Source: Lingula anatina (lineage: Eukaryota; Animalia; Brachiopoda). Taken from it: a DNA stretch of 64,000 bases. The position numbers and the translations under genes were made by a program. Under the pieces are notes generated by a model. The model saw only the letters and a program-made list of their open reading frames with translations, made no database searches and was not told the DNA's origin. Positions 43,612 to 58,600 of this stretch are shown piece after piece; position 1 is the first letter of the stretch; each line of letters begins with the position of its first letter. Location of the stretch: assembly GCA_051362555.1 (NCBI GenBank), contig CM120642.1, forward strand, positions 15,438,001 through 15,502,000, in the 5' to 3' direction.

Positions 43612-46600
43612 TTGCAAAAACCATTTTAAAAACATCTCCCAGTAACTAAAATCCCTTGCAACATCAAATCTAACCTCTTTTGCCACATTGGCCTCTTTTC
43701 CCAGAGTTACTGTAGCACAGAAGGCTTAGGCAATAACATTTTGTTAGTTGATATATCACTAACTACATCACTAACTCTCACAAAAGGACCACACACAAAA
43801 GTTTATCAATAATCAATATCATAATGCATGTTTTGTTAACCAAAGCTTTTTTACCTAAGTGGTACACACCTACCACAAATTTATAAGTTTTATCTTTGAT
43901 AGTTTTTGGCAATTCTACAGAAAAACTTGCTTATCAAAAAGTAATTTCAATTATGGACATTAACATATGTTCAGTAAAACCAGAGGGCAAACTCCAGTGA
44001 ATTTATGACTACTTTCAATAGCTTATATTCATTTAATTTTTGCCAAACACGTAAAAAATTTACTTCCGACACCTTTAAATACCAATGGTTTTCCTTAGAC
44101 AAGGGAGGTGCAGTGAGCTGAAGTTCATGTCCCTCAATAATTGAATGAAACAAATCTGACCTCTTTTACCACACAAGCATCTGTCTCCCAGGGGTATTAA
44201 GATGGCAAACAAATACAATGGGAATCTGTTGGGAGATTCTAAAGAGAAGCTGTTGGAACTGAGTGACTATTCAAGATTAGAAAGTGTGTTTTACTCAAGT
44301 GGGTAAACTTTTCAGTGTTTAGGATGAATTCCTGTGTGTCAGGAATGTCATCTAAGAAAGCAATACAAAAGTTCTACATAAAACATTGTGAATATATACT
44401 GTAATATTATAAGAATTAAGTAGAAAGCAACCAAGAAAGATTTAATTGGCTCAATTCTGCATAATACTGGCTCAAAGCCTATTATTTAGGACCCTACTCT
44501 CCTTTAGATCCTGTAAAATTTTGATTGGAGGTGGAGTGCTGTTGCTTACCCCAAAACTGAACCAATCATTCAATCAGTCTATCCCTTTATTTGAAACCAA
44601 ATCCCTTTGCAGCAGTAAACCTGACCTCTTTTGCCACGCCAGCATCTTTTCTCAGAGTATACAGAAAGCAAGCAGTCACAATGGGGATCATTTGGGATAT
44701 ATATCCTAAGATGAGGCTGTTGGAATTTTCTGACATCACTTTAAAAACTAGAAATTTAAATGTGTGAGAATCTTTGTAAAATGGGGTTAACTTTTCAGTG
44801 TTTAGGATGAATTTTGATGTGTTAAGAATGTCATCTTGGAAAGCAATACAGAAGTGCTACACGGACATGGTGAATACAAACTGTAATATTCTAAAGGCAT
44901 AAATTGTAAAATTTTGAGTGATTATATGCCAAGTTGCAAACCTCTCAACCTCTCTTTCATGATACTTGTTACTTTTTTTTTTGATAGTTTGTAAGTCAAA
45001 AAGTTCTCCAGTAGCTTGCAACATCAAATCTTACCTCTTCTGCCACATCAGTTCCTTTTCCTAGAGTTACTGTAACACAGAAGGCTTAGGCAATGACATT
45101 TTGTTAGTTGATATATCACTGACTCAAATTAAACTACGTCACTAACTCTCACAGAAGTGCCATACACTAAAAGTTTATCAATAAACAATATCACAATGCA
45201 CCTTTTGTTAACCATAGCTTTTTGACTTAGGTGCCACACACCCACCACAATTCATAAGTTTTATCTTTGAAATTTTTCAGCAGTTCTGCAGAAAGACTTG
45301 CTTACTGTATCAAAATATCATGTCAAATTAAGACTTTTACATATGTTAGGTAAAACCAGAGGGTAAACTTCAGTGAATTTATAAGACTACTTTCAATGGC
45401 TTATATTCAAATCTACATATGCCAAACACATAAAAAAAATTCCTTTCAACACCTTTATATACCAGTGGTCTGCAGAATGTGAAAGAGGTGTAGTTCTGTT
45501 GCATGATTAGTGCCCAGCACTATAGACTGATAGGTCGGTAAGATGTATTGTCCATTTAAAGAAGGAAGCCTAGCAGCAGTGAATCTGACCTCTTTTACCA
45601 CACCAGCATCTTTTCCCTGGCAGAGTATACGAAAGATCATAAAAGGCAAGCAGTCCCAATGGGAATCATTTGTAATATCCTAAAATGAAAAATGGAGCTG
45701 TGTGACATCATTCAAGGGTAGAAAAATTCAAAATGCGTAACTATCTTTGTGAAATGATGTTTACTTTTTAGTGATAAGGGTAAATTTCTTTGTGTCAGGA
45801 ATGTCATCTCGTAGAGCAATACAAAATTTACATACAAAACATTGTGAATATATACTGAAATATTTTAAAGGCAGAATTTGGGAGAAAGCAACCAAGAAGA
45901 ATATCCTTTGATCAATTCTGACATTGTATGGTTGCTGACTTGCTGCACTAAACTGGCTCATCTTCCAATATTTTTAATCCTACTCTCTCTTAGATTCAGA
46001 TAAAATCTTGATTGATTTAACGCCAAGTTGCAAAACTCTGAGGCTGTCTTTAATTATTTTTGTTACTGTAGTCTGTGTTAGGTCCTAGCCCCAGTTTCAC
46101 AAAAAAACATTTGACCAATTTTTTTTTACTTTTCTCTGGCTGGACATTTAAAATTACTAGTTGTCTGTCTAAATTGGGAAATGTTAAGCCTGCTTTACAA
46201 AAAAAAAATGTTTTAAAACTGTGTTTGGTGCAATGTTATGGTAAACTCTGAAAACTGAGACAAAGTAGACCAATGTTTTCAGCCTTCGATTCTTTTCACA
46301 TAGAGTGGTCTACATCAGTGATATACTAGTAGCTCTACTGTACACTTTTAAGGGATTGATGTCTTCGTTAAAAACAAGTCCTGTCAAGACATTAACAGTG
46401 ATATTACCCCCATTTATTTTTTCATTTTTTAAATTTTACAAATGTATAAAAATCTGCTGTACAGCTGATATTGAGGTATAAAAGTTTTTAATTGAAAAAC
46501 AGACCACCTGTCCACTAATAACAGCATAAAATCATCAACAACATGTCACTTGAAGTGATCCAAGCCAGGATTTTGAATTCTTTCTACTTCCATGAACTGC

Positions 46601-49600
46601 ATGCTTTTTGTTGAACTTACTAGTATCTGAGGGCAGTTAAAACTTTTAAAACATACATTGACATATAAATGGCTTGAATCAGTCATTTTGGCAGAATAAT
46701 TAATTTTTTTAAATAGCTAAAATATTTTATCAAATACTTGTAAAAATCATTCCAAAAAGTTCTCCCAGTAACTAAATCCCCTTGCAACAGCTCACACAAC
46801 CATACACTAAAAGTTTATCAAAAATCAATATCACCTCTTAATTGTTAACCAATACTTTTGATGTAAGTGCCACACACCTGCCACAAATTTGTCAGTTTAA
46901 TGTTTGAAAATTTTCAGCAATTCTACAGAAAAACTTGTTTATCAATATATTATGTCAAATGTAGACATTTACATATGTTAGGTAAAACCAGAGGGCAAAC
47001 TCCAATGAATTTATAAGACTACTTTCAATAGCTTATATTCAATCCATTTATGCCAAACACAAAAAAAAAATGACTTCTGACACCTTAAAATATCGATGAT
47101 TTTCTTTATGTGATGGAGGTGCAGTGCTGTTGTTTAACCCTACAACTTCAATCAATCAATTTCAATCAGTCAATCAATTTCAATCAGTCAATCAATCCCC
47201 TAATTTGAAAGCAAATCCCTTTGCAGCAGTAAATCTGACCTCTTTTACCACACAAGCATCTTTTCCCAGAGCATACAGAAGGCAAACAATCACAAGGGGA
47301 ATCAGTTGGAAGATCCTAAAGTGAGGCTGTTGGAACTGTGTGGGAGTCTTTGATAAGTGGATATCCAGGATGTAGATGGCCCAAATTGTGGTGTTTTAAA
47401 TTCAGTTGCATGAAATCGTGTCTCTTTGGACAGTATTTTTCTCTCATTTAGCAGTTGCTTAGAATCTTCAAGAAGTAAGACCTAAAACTTTTTCAGAACA
47501 AACTGATGAAAAGCTGGTTATACTTCATGTTTCAGACCCCTTGATGTAGCTACTATCAAAATGTAAGATGCTTTTTTATGGCATGGCAAACACATTTTTG
47601 TCAATCATCGGTCAAAATATCAACATTTTCTCTTTCATTCTTATTTTGTACAGTTGGCATCTAATATGTATCTTATTATGTGAAGAGGAAGATGTATGAT
47701 TCAGTAATTATTTTTACTAGTTATACAAAAAAGACACCAAAACTTGCAAAATTAACTTGAAACAGTATGTTTTATACCTAAGTCATGTTGAGTATGATTG
47801 ACTAAATATAATGTTGCAAAACAAATATTGTTCTACTTGTCAAAGTTCTACTATATAACATCGTGCAGGTTTCTGAATAGCTGACATGGTTTCACCAGTG
47901 CAAGACCAGTGCTTTCTTGTTTGACAAACATTTCTTCTAACAAAAGACCCATCAATATAATTAATGTTTTAACATTTAGATGCTTGACAACAAGATTTAA
48001 GTGCAATAAAATCAAGATATCCTATGGATTAAACCATGTCAGGGAACCTCATGTGTTTTACATTTTGACTTTGGTACGAAAATGGAGTTAAAGTATCCCA
48101 TAAATTTCAGATTAAGATCAAGAGGTTTTGCCTATTGAATTTCCAACTGCTAATAGAGATTGTGTTTGTGTAGGTGACTATGTTAAAGCATACAATGGGT
48201 CGGGGAAGAAAGGGACATGACCAGTTCAATGCACACATTTTCTGTAATGCTATGTCAACATGTTATAATCATAATCGATTTTTCAATGTCTGTTGAAATA
48301 GTTCTTTCATGCGTGGAAATGCTAGCAGTTGTGCATGATGGAAACAACTGCGTGGTTTTAATCAGTGTAGAAGTGAAAACTAGAATTCAGGAAAAATTAG
48401 TTTTTTATGAATCTTTGGTCGACCTCAGACAAACAAACTGTGAATTATACACTTTTTAATCTCATTGAACTTTGAATTGATGTTGTAAAATTACTGTAAA
48501 GGTCAAGTTAGTGGTGGGATTTTTTTATATAAAACTAGTTTGGACTGAATATCGTAATTCTAAACTCCAACAATCTCTCAAGTCAGATAGATATAAGCAA
48601 AGCTCCATGTATATGTGAATTTATTTGAAACCAGTTTGATTTTAAATAGATGTAAGATGCAATTCTCATGATTTATTTATCGTGCACTTTTTAAACAAAC
48701 TTGAAGTTTTCATCAACTTGTTTGTTTGACCTCAGTGGTGGCTTATTAAATGATAGACTTTCTTCGAACTATGTCTGTAAAATTGATCAATGTGGGAACA
48801 GTGCAACACTCTTTTAATTTCCCACATTAAATTTACTCAATTGATTTGATTACAGTGCTTCTAGTTTGGTTCAATGGTGCTGCATGTAAATAAGTTGAAT
48901 TTGAAAGTGAAAATGCGATGTGCATTATTGATACAAAACTATTTTTGAAGAACAAAGCATGTCTTGATTGAACATGAGTATGAATAATATCAGATACCAT
49001 ATGTGTTCATTTTTGTAGCAGTTGCACAATAAAACTTATCTTTATGTCTATTTTTATGTTGGATAAAGTGTGAATTACCAAAAAAAATGATAATCATGAT
49101 TTATAATTTAATTGGAATTTTTCTTTTCTGTCTATCAGGGTTGCAGGCAATGCTGCTTACATTATTGGGACACTTGCAGAAAATGACATTGGATGCTATC
49201 GTGTCCTCAGCCTCACAAACTCCAGTCACGCAGAGGGGAAGAAAATCCTTCCTGATCTGACAAGAATGCTCACCTTTGATGACTCGGAGAGTGTGATGAA
49301 CGCTGCGGGGACGATGGGAACTCTGGCGGAGAGTCAGGAAGGAAGGGCGTGGATGTTACAGCAGCCATGTTTAGAGATGACCATAGATCACATAACAGCT
49401 CTCCTGACCAATGAAAACATGTGGACTGCTAGTAATGCTGCTTTAGTGTTGGCAAGGTTTGTAACATATTTGGTATTCTGGCTTATGTAGTTAGTGTGTA
49501 CAATGTTGGTGAAGTGCTTTTTCAGAAGAACCTTAAATAAGAAGATAGAAGATATGAAATGATTAATTCAAAAATGTCTGTTTATTGTTGACTTGGTTGA

Positions 49601-52600
49601 GAAAATTGTGATTTCAGTAAAACAAATGATATATCAAGATAACTTCAGGTAACAAGTTATGATATATTAGATATGAAGTGGAATTAGATATTTCTGTTCA
49701 CAGAAAGTAATAGAAATGATTCTGTTTCTAGGTTGACCATTTCTGAAGATGGATGCATGAAAATCCTGGAGCATGAAAATGGCAAAGACATAGCTGGGAA
49801 ACTGATTAACTCATTAGGAGTAGATGAAGCAGGTCAGAGGGCATTGGAGCATGAGATATATTTTATATTATGGGATAAAGTCCATATTTCAGGTTAACGG
49901 TATATACATAACAAGTGCATTGCACCATGTAATGAAAGTCACCGAATCTCACTTTTGAATTACAGGTATCAGAATCCTTGTAACAGTTTGTTTTGGGATT
50001 TTTGGATAATTGTTGATGTGATGGGATATAGCTATTTCAGGGATAATAGATGGTCAGCAGAATTTAAAATAATAAAAATATATTCTTATAATTGTATGTA
50101 ATAACCTCCCCATTTTTGAACCATCATCATCATCTTCATCATATTTTTCTATATTTTTAAAGAGAACATCTCATATATTTACTTTGGCTCTGTTCTCACA
50201 ACTTTTAGATCGATCTATCACCGCGGGGAGTCTCACTAGATTACTGTCAGATAATCCCCCTTAAGTGTCCGTCCCCGGCTACTACAAGCTTTAAGGGGTA
50301 ATTAACTTTCGTGTCCGCCCGGCTGACAGCTATTTAGCGTGAACCCCCAGGGAGTTAGGTCGATCCAATGTAGGTCGATCTAATCTATGAGAATGGGGTG
50401 TTTGTCTCAGGGTTGTTGATATCAAATAACGGTCGATGTTCTGTTTTCAGGAAGAGGCATGAATGCTGCCTTTGCCATTGGAAGGCTGTGTGATATGGAT
50501 GCTGGAAGAACAGCTCTCCTAGCATTACAAGAGTCAGAGAAAATGGTATATCGTCTTTAGAATAACTACAGCTAACTGCATCAGTCATTATCCACCACTT
50601 GACCACTGAGACCTCACATTGAACTTGATATTAAAAGAATAACAACTTTTCCTTTTGGTGGGAAAAGTGCCGTAAGCCTGATTTTCCTGGGCTCAGACTT
50701 ACCACTGGTTAATGAATCTTTCTGAATTCACAGTTAGTCGATTTTTTAGAAGTGTGTTTTTTGTAATAATCTTATAAGAGATCATTATGGAGGGAAGCCA
50801 TCTATAAAGGTCCGGGTGGTTCGATTACAAGCCCAGATTTTCAGTATAATTGCGATAACTGCCATTTTGGTAGTAAAGTGGAATTTATTTTGTTTCTGTG
50901 TTGTTTACAATGTATCTATTGTGGAAATTTGAATCTTATATAAAGAGTTGTTATCCCTTTCAATTGTAGCATTTTGTATGCATTAGTGTTATAGTTTCTC
51001 AAGTGTTTTGAAATTTTTCTACATCTTTACTAAAAGAAAAAAAAGACTACTGTTTTCTGTAAATACTATTGCTTTGGCATCTGACCTCTGTATATTTTTA
51101 TTCCATTTCCAGATTACTGCCCTGGCAAAGATGTTATCTTGCAATGATCCTGGTGCCAGCAAGAATGCATGTTTTGCCTTAAGTTGCCTAGCTACTAGCA
51201 ATGCTGGTCATTCCCGTATTCTCCACAATGTGTATTCTGATGATATACTCCATACTCTCAGCAACTTACTTGCGGCAGAGGATGGGGAAACTGGGTGGTT
51301 TGCAGCAATGTGAGTTTAATAATGTTTTCATACAAACATTTATATCTGTCTCCCCTATTTTCATAACCCTCTTTCTCCTTTAGACTCAGCCGGTGAGAAC
51401 AGATTATGTACAAACACTCTGACAAGATTCGGTACTTTGATAAAAAAAATTCCTGGCTCTGCTAGTTACTGAGTGTCATAGAAAATATTCTCTTATTTAA
51501 TAAATTTTTGTTGTCTATTCTGTAATTTATTTACAGTTTATGCAGACTCTTAGTTTTGATGATCTTAGCTTAAACTGGAAACTGATGCTAATAATCAAAG
51601 ATAATCATAAAGATCGAGTCTGTGTATCAATGTTTGCTGATCTGAAAAGTAATTTGAAATGCTGTAATTTTTTATGGGAATTCCAGGACATTGAGGACTC
51701 TAGCCAGCCAGCCAAAGGGCTGTTTGAGGTTACGTGAACACGCTGACATCCTCCCTGGGCTGAAGTGGACCGAGGCCAAGACTGACGTTAATGAGGACCT
51801 GAAAGAAGAAGTCCTTTGCACATTAGAGATTCTGAAAAGGCTGACCAAGCCGCCCCCACCAGATATAGAGGTCAAAGGACCCGATGAAGTAGAGGCCACG
51901 TGGACAGAGATGACCACAAAAAGTGGCCTTGAGGTCCGCTATCAGTTATTTGAGGGCAATAAATGCGTGTATAATGGCACAGAACTCAGGTGCACTGTAA
52001 ACGATCTCTTGGCTGCCACGCCATACACCTTTAAGTTACGAGCCTACACTGAAGGAGACGACAGTCCATGGAGTGAGCCTGTGCGAGTTATCACGGACGA
52101 GTCAGTGCCAACCCCACCTCAGAACTTCCGTATTTTGGGTTCCACCACAACCCAGATTAAAGTTGGTTGGGAGCCTCCTGAAAGTGCTAACGGACACCTT
52201 AAAGGGTACCACGTGTACCTTGGAAAGAAGGAAGTTGACTTTGTACATGAATTAAGTTGTATTATCTCAGGACTTGCACCACATACTTCATATGATATTT
52301 CTGTTTGTGCTGTCACAGTGAAGGGGAAAGGTGCTAAAGCCACTTTACTGGGATCCACATCAGAATTAGGTATTTGCATCATTTGCAGTTATATATGGAG
52401 AAATGCTTTAGAGAGTGTCAATAGTTTTTCAAAAGCTTACATTCAAAATCAGTTTCAGTATTTTGTAGTATCCATAATGTTCATTTACATAAATCTAGGC
52501 TCATGCTGGCAGATGCAGTTTTCTTGCCAAATACAAGAAATAGATATACTCTGGTTTTAGAAAATGAAAAAAAAAATACCTGTTGGCTAATTCAAAAATA

Positions 52601-55600
52601 TTGTAGGAAGATCCCTGTTAGCTTTTGTTGTAATGGATATGTATGGTTATTTTAGTGTTGTAATTTGGAACATCGAGGTCAGTAATTATTTAGGTATAAC
52701 AATTTAATAGAGAGCTAAAGAAAATAAAACTATGTTAATTAGAAGGAAGAAAGAAAAGTAAAATTAAATGTTTGTTGCAGGTGCTCACGCCCCACCAAAG
52801 CCAACAGTCCATGTTCTGGGTCGTAATGAGATTCACGTGACATGGGAGGCACCAGAGCAGCCACTGGGGAAGATAACCATGTATGAGCTGAAGATTGATG
52901 GAAAGTCTGTCTACTCTGGGATGGATATGAGTTACTCCGCCAGGCGCTTGGTGCCTGATAAAGAATATGTCTTTACGGTATGTTTTAGTGTAACATAATT
53001 GATAGAATTTTAAAGTTCTGTTATATTTGTCAGGATCTTTGAAATTTAAATGATGTACACAGTGAGGATGAAGAATTATTTTCATATGAAAAGGTTGGAC
53101 TTGGATTAGCTTTTAAATATTTTCAGGGTTACTTATATTTTGGGATTGTGAATTGTTAATTCTATTATCACAATTTGAATCTGTCTCCAAATATGCAGTT
53201 TTTTTATGTGGCAGGTTAGTGCAATAACTTTTGAAGGGAAGTGTGAAAGTAAACCAGCCAAGGCAAGAACTTCAAAGGATAATTGTAAGTAAAAAATATC
53301 TCAGAATATTTTGATATTAGTTTAAAAGATACCCCCAAATTAAGGTTTGTGTGAGTGTGGGGCTCTGAATTGAGGACAGTTATTTTAAAAATGATTTGTG
53401 AAATTGCTGGATTGAAAATTCTGCTCTGTATAATATATTACAAAATACAAAGACAGAGATATTTTATGCTCCCTGTATTTATTGATTTGGAAACCCCCAG
53501 CTGGAGGGACATGTCCAGTCACCTGCCTAATGCACATTGTTCAGTATTCTGAATAAAATCCATGTTCAAGTCTTTGAATGACCAAGATGAAATAGAACAC
53601 ATGCTAAAGATATGATGAGTATGATCGCATGAAGAAGTATTATTTGAAAATATGTCTTAAGGAATTTGATGACATTTTAGATGATAGCAACAGACCGCCA
53701 CTCTACTCAGTAAAGAAAAGCGGAGGAGAGGAACAGTCAGAGTCGGGGTCTAAACAGGCTGGTGCCACGAAGAAAAGACGAAGCTCAAAATCAGATGCGA
53801 TGTCAGTGGCAAGCTCAACAGAGGGGTCAAAGAGTACAGGGACAAGGTCAACCAGTGCAAATAGTGCCAAAGTGAGTGCATTTGCTACAAGCTGTTGTAT
53901 TTTTTTCATGATTAATTATTACAAATAGATATTGTGCATGGTTTGAAAATCATATTAAGCACTGTTAATAGAAGTTGTTTATTAGCATTTGTGTTTTTAG
54001 ATTTATTAGGTGTATTTGAAATTACACTACTACTCCTAACTGCACAATAATCTGTCATTTGTTTGCTTGATAGTATTTGCACAAAATAGTTTATATTTTC
54101 CCTGCTTTAACACACACAAAACATATATGGGCTGTTACATCATGAAGCATTTTGGAGTAAAATCATCTGCCTGTTTATTTTAAATATTTTTTTTTTTAAT
54201 ATTAAACTGTTAAGTTTGTCTCTTTCACCATTAAAAGTCTTTAACAGAAAAATGACAAAGTATTTTTAAAAAAGATTTTTTAAAAAGGAAAACAGAAAGT
54301 GGTACAGCTGGTCCATCCTTAGCCCATTTCAACATGGAGCTGCTTTCAAAGAATGAAATGTACTGTGGTAATGGTACATTTGATTTTTTTGTTTGAAAGC
54401 TCTTGTTTTTTAAATAGTATATGCATTGCTTAATACCTGAAGGCATGTTTAATTTTAAAATATTAGAAGTGATGTACCTGCTCCAAAATTCCTGCAACAG
54501 CCAAGGTGTTTATTTTTCATTTTGATGTGTATCACACTTTCTAACACTGTGTTGTTTTGATCCTCTTTACCAGCAAAACATATTCAATAAATGGCTCTTC
54601 AAGGTAGATATATGTTTTTTATCACAAGTCAATGTTGTCTTTTTTATAAAGCTTCATGTATTTTTGAATGGGCTTTTCCTTTGGTTGCTTATAATGGTTA
54701 TAAAACTCTAAATATTTTTAGAAAGCATTGGTACTTCAAACCTCAAGACTTTTGTCACAATATAGAATTTGCCAAAGTTCAGAAAAAGGATTCGAAATAA
54801 AAAATGGCCAAGATACCTTTCGTTGTTGATATATAACTGTTATTTGGCAAACTACAGACCAAAATTACACCATCAAACAGTAGATAATTACAGCTTTTCA
54901 ATCATCTGTACAGAAATTTACATGCTGGGGTCATACCCATAATGCACCAAGTCAGGTAACCTTTTCTCCTTGAGATTTTCATATGAATGATACTTTAAAA
55001 TTTTCCCTTTTAAATTTGTTAAAATTGAGCATTAGTGTGTTTTTCTATCATTTGCTAATTATTATAATTGTATTCAGTTTATAACTATCTGTGCATTTTT
55101 TCCTTAGGTTACGTATTTAGACTGTTATTTACAACATTAGATAAAACTACTTCTCGGCATTTAATATTATAGTTGTTTGCAAGATAAAAACAGCCACTGC
55201 ACATAAAACAATAGAAAAAGGAAGTACTCTACTAAACATGTGCAACAGAACTAAAATAGATTCAGTCCTCCATGAAGTTGTTTTATAATTAATTTTCTGT
55301 TTAGAATTCTTTAGTCTTACTACACTGTTTCTATGATGAGTGCAGTGAATAGCTTTTCTATTATTTCATTGTAAACTTCCATTCCTAATAAATCATATTT
55401 CTTATTGAAAATAGTGAACTGACTTTAGAGAATCACATTTAATAATGACAGTAGAACAAACCTCTAGCAAAATCCATTAGAATAGTTAATTAGCTGTATT
55501 TATTGTTTTTATTGTGCTGCTTTCACAAAATAACCAAAAAATAAATAACTAGAAAACATGAATATTGTTCTTGGTAGTCATACAAATGTGAATATGATTA

Positions 55601-58600
55601 TCATACCTGACAGAAAAACGTTAATGCTATCTGTATGAAGAATGTCTTTAAATATTAATATTCTTATTTATGTTTGTACCATTTTGATGAGCATGGAATA
55701 TAGAATTCATTGTAACTGTGGAACACTGATCTCAGTCACAGTCATAACACCTATGTATTTGGCCTTGTAGAATAAATTGCCAGTAATAATAGATCCAGAT
55801 AAGTCTCCGACTTTACTAAAGGTATGGTTAAATAAGTATAGGTCGTAAATTTATGCTAATTATTCTTATGCAAATTCCATTTCCATCTCTGTATGATACT
55901 TCTTACAATGCCCTAAATTCATACCAGTCTTCTGCAAATCTCTTGAAATTTTCCACATGTTCTTACTTATCTCATATTTCAATTTCTAATTCAAAATAAT
56001 CAACTTGTAACAACTTCAATTTTCACTCTACTTGTTCTCTGAATTGTGATTTTTTTTTTTTTTGCAGATTTTTTTCCATGGTAAAGGCTAATATATAATA
56101 TTCTTATGTTCCTTTTTTTGACCCTAAAAACTCTCTCAGTGGATACTGTGCATAAATTATTTTAATATCATGTTGCAGCAGCCTGTGCTTTATCTTTAAA
56201 AGCAAATCTTAGCTTCAAACCTTGGCTTATACTTATGTTATAACTTTTGCTTGTTTTGAGTGAGAATTCACAAGTGCAATACCTTGCTTACATATTTTGA
56301 ATGCTTGACAAAATTGAATGGTTTAAAGTTTTTGTGCATTTAAATCCTCTTGATAATTTTTGTTGAGATGTCGGACTCAATAACAGGGATACAATTTATT
56401 GTAAAAAGAACTCCAGGGATTCAGTCTTGTCTCATTAAGTCTGTTTTAGTAACTTATTAATATTTACTTAAATGCTTTATCTTAAGATTTCCCAGCCTCA
56501 TTGATTCAAAAATCAATACTGTGATATATTTAAACCATGCTAGGTAATAGAATACCCAAGATGAAAGCAGACTTAACTCTACTAATCTATAATTATGTAC
56601 TAATATAGTTCTTATGTCCTCTTATTTCAGTACTATCACAAGTCCCCCAAAGCAAGGCTTGACGTAAAAGAAAAATCACAAGGCAGTAGTAGACCTAGCT
56701 CAGGTATGACTTATAGGCTGTGTTCACAACTGGGCTTAGTTAAACAAGATAACAAATTGACATAACTAAATATCAAGATTTATTAATTTGGTGATAACAG
56801 AAAGGTTATAAGACAGAATGAAGATTTGTATGCAATTTAGTTATAAATATGTAGACAGTTGCTAATTTAAAGTTAGTCCAGTTGTGAACATGGAGGCAGC
56901 CTTAAGGTGGAGGTCATATAAGTGATTAAGATGTCTGTTGAAATGAGTGTAACTGAACTGATTTTATGAAGTGAAGGAATATGAAAGAAAATTGAGATTC
57001 TACACACTCTTTAATTTTATAGTACATCTTAAATATTTTAGCATTTGATATATTGAGTAGAAATGTATCACTTAGTATATATATTTGATGCTTGACTGCT
57101 GGCTTGTTTATCCTTTCTTCTTCCAGAGTGGTATGAAGAGAAATGTCCTTTTTATCATAGATTATTACAAATATTCTTTCAGATTAGATAAGTGAAGATG
57201 TATATTTATTGTGTAACCAGGGGAACATATTTTAAATATATTTTCAGCTGCAAGCAGCAGCAGTTCACTGCACAAGAAAGTTGTCAGCAAACAAATTGAA
57301 CAGGGTGTTGAAAAGGCAGAGGTATAAATAGATTTAATTTATAACTAAAATTTTCTGGATTAGGATTAAGCCCCTTGTATTGTATACTGCAGATACTGTC
57401 ATAAATCATTAAAAAAATTGAAGTAGGATCATTTTTGCACATTTGACAAATTGCCATGGCTCCAATGAAGGTTTTTATGTACAGACACAGATGTGTCTGT
57501 ACATATTGCCATCACCTGCGTCTGTCGTCGCCGTCGCCGTCGCCGATCACGTCGCCGTCGCCGTGCACTTTCAGCGTTAACACCATAAGTGGAAGACAGT
57601 TTTACTTTTTGGCTTTATATTTACAGAGCTGACTAATATCCTTAAAACACAGGTCAAGTTCGAAAATCAGCATGATCGGGCCATTATTGTAGAATTTATG
57701 CTGTTTTTTCACTTTTTAGCATATATACAACACTGTTAACACATTTCAAGGAAAACCGATAGGCCTGTTGTCATGAAACTCACAGGAGTAATCAATCTTA
57801 CTAAAACGCAGATCAAATTCGAAAATCGGCATGATCGGGCCACTATTTTAGTAGTTATGCTGTTTTTTTTCACTTTTCAGCATATGTGCAACACTGTTAA
57901 CACATTTTAAGGAAAACCGATAGACCTGTTGTCATGAAACTCACAGGAGTAATCAATCTTACTAAAACGCAGGTCAAGTTCGAAAATCAGCATAATCGGG
58001 CCATTATTTTATAAGTTATGCTGTTTTTTCACATTTCCTCAGATTTATTTCTTAGGCATGTTAACAGTCTCATTATTAAACTAATAAGATATGTAAAAGC
58101 GTTTGTTTGACATTTCCTGCATCTTTACAACATTGTTTGTTGATTTAGTAAAAATGATGGTAAACTTGTTATCATGTATTGTATAATAGAGTTTCAAAAA
58201 TGGAAATAAACTCATATCATTGCAGTTTGTCAGATTCATTCATTCACTATGTTCAGAAACTCAGAATGGAGGAAATTGGACATTAAACACTGTTCTATTG
58301 ATATTTTTCCCATCTCATCAATTTTCTTAGTTGATCATATATAAATGGCAGTAAATTGTTAATTTTGTCATATGTTAAAAAATTGTTAAAAATGGAAAAA
58401 AACACATTTCAGGACAGTGCTGTTTTGTCTACATTTTGGCATTTTCAAGGTGTGACTTTAAAGTTCCTTGGGCCTGAAGACCTTTGCTAGGAACATTTTC
58501 TGAATATCCATGATACTAATATTTTATTATTAAAAATTGATGGTAATTATCCTGTTAAACATTATGTAATATTGCATCAAAATTTGAAGACACCCCTATT

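Larger units (their letters stand above)
40420..47352 (+). repeat. Degenerate array of ~0.7-1.5 kb units in intron 1 of the ARM-FN3 gene
   Basis: CTGACCTCTTTT.CCAC at ~41134, 42018, 44155, 44621, 45584 and 47234; AAACCAGAGGGCAAACTCCAGTGAATTT-like at ~40918, 41814, 43977, 45354 and 46985; higher-order marker ACCACCTGTCCACT at ~38833, 43161 and 46503. Confidence 0.88.

Noticed and set aside
40991-47290. Cys-rich minus-strand peptides (CLCGKRGQIYCCKG) in array units, suggesting a defensin- or toxin-like exon family
   Set aside because: Other copies have stops or lose the cysteines; no signal peptide or consistent splice sites.
55108-56080. Possible 5-nt (~55108-55112) and 13-nt (56068-56080) microexons that together would keep frame
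   Set aside because: Each alone frameshifts, and such short AG..GT matches arise by chance in T-rich introns; RNA evidence would be needed.
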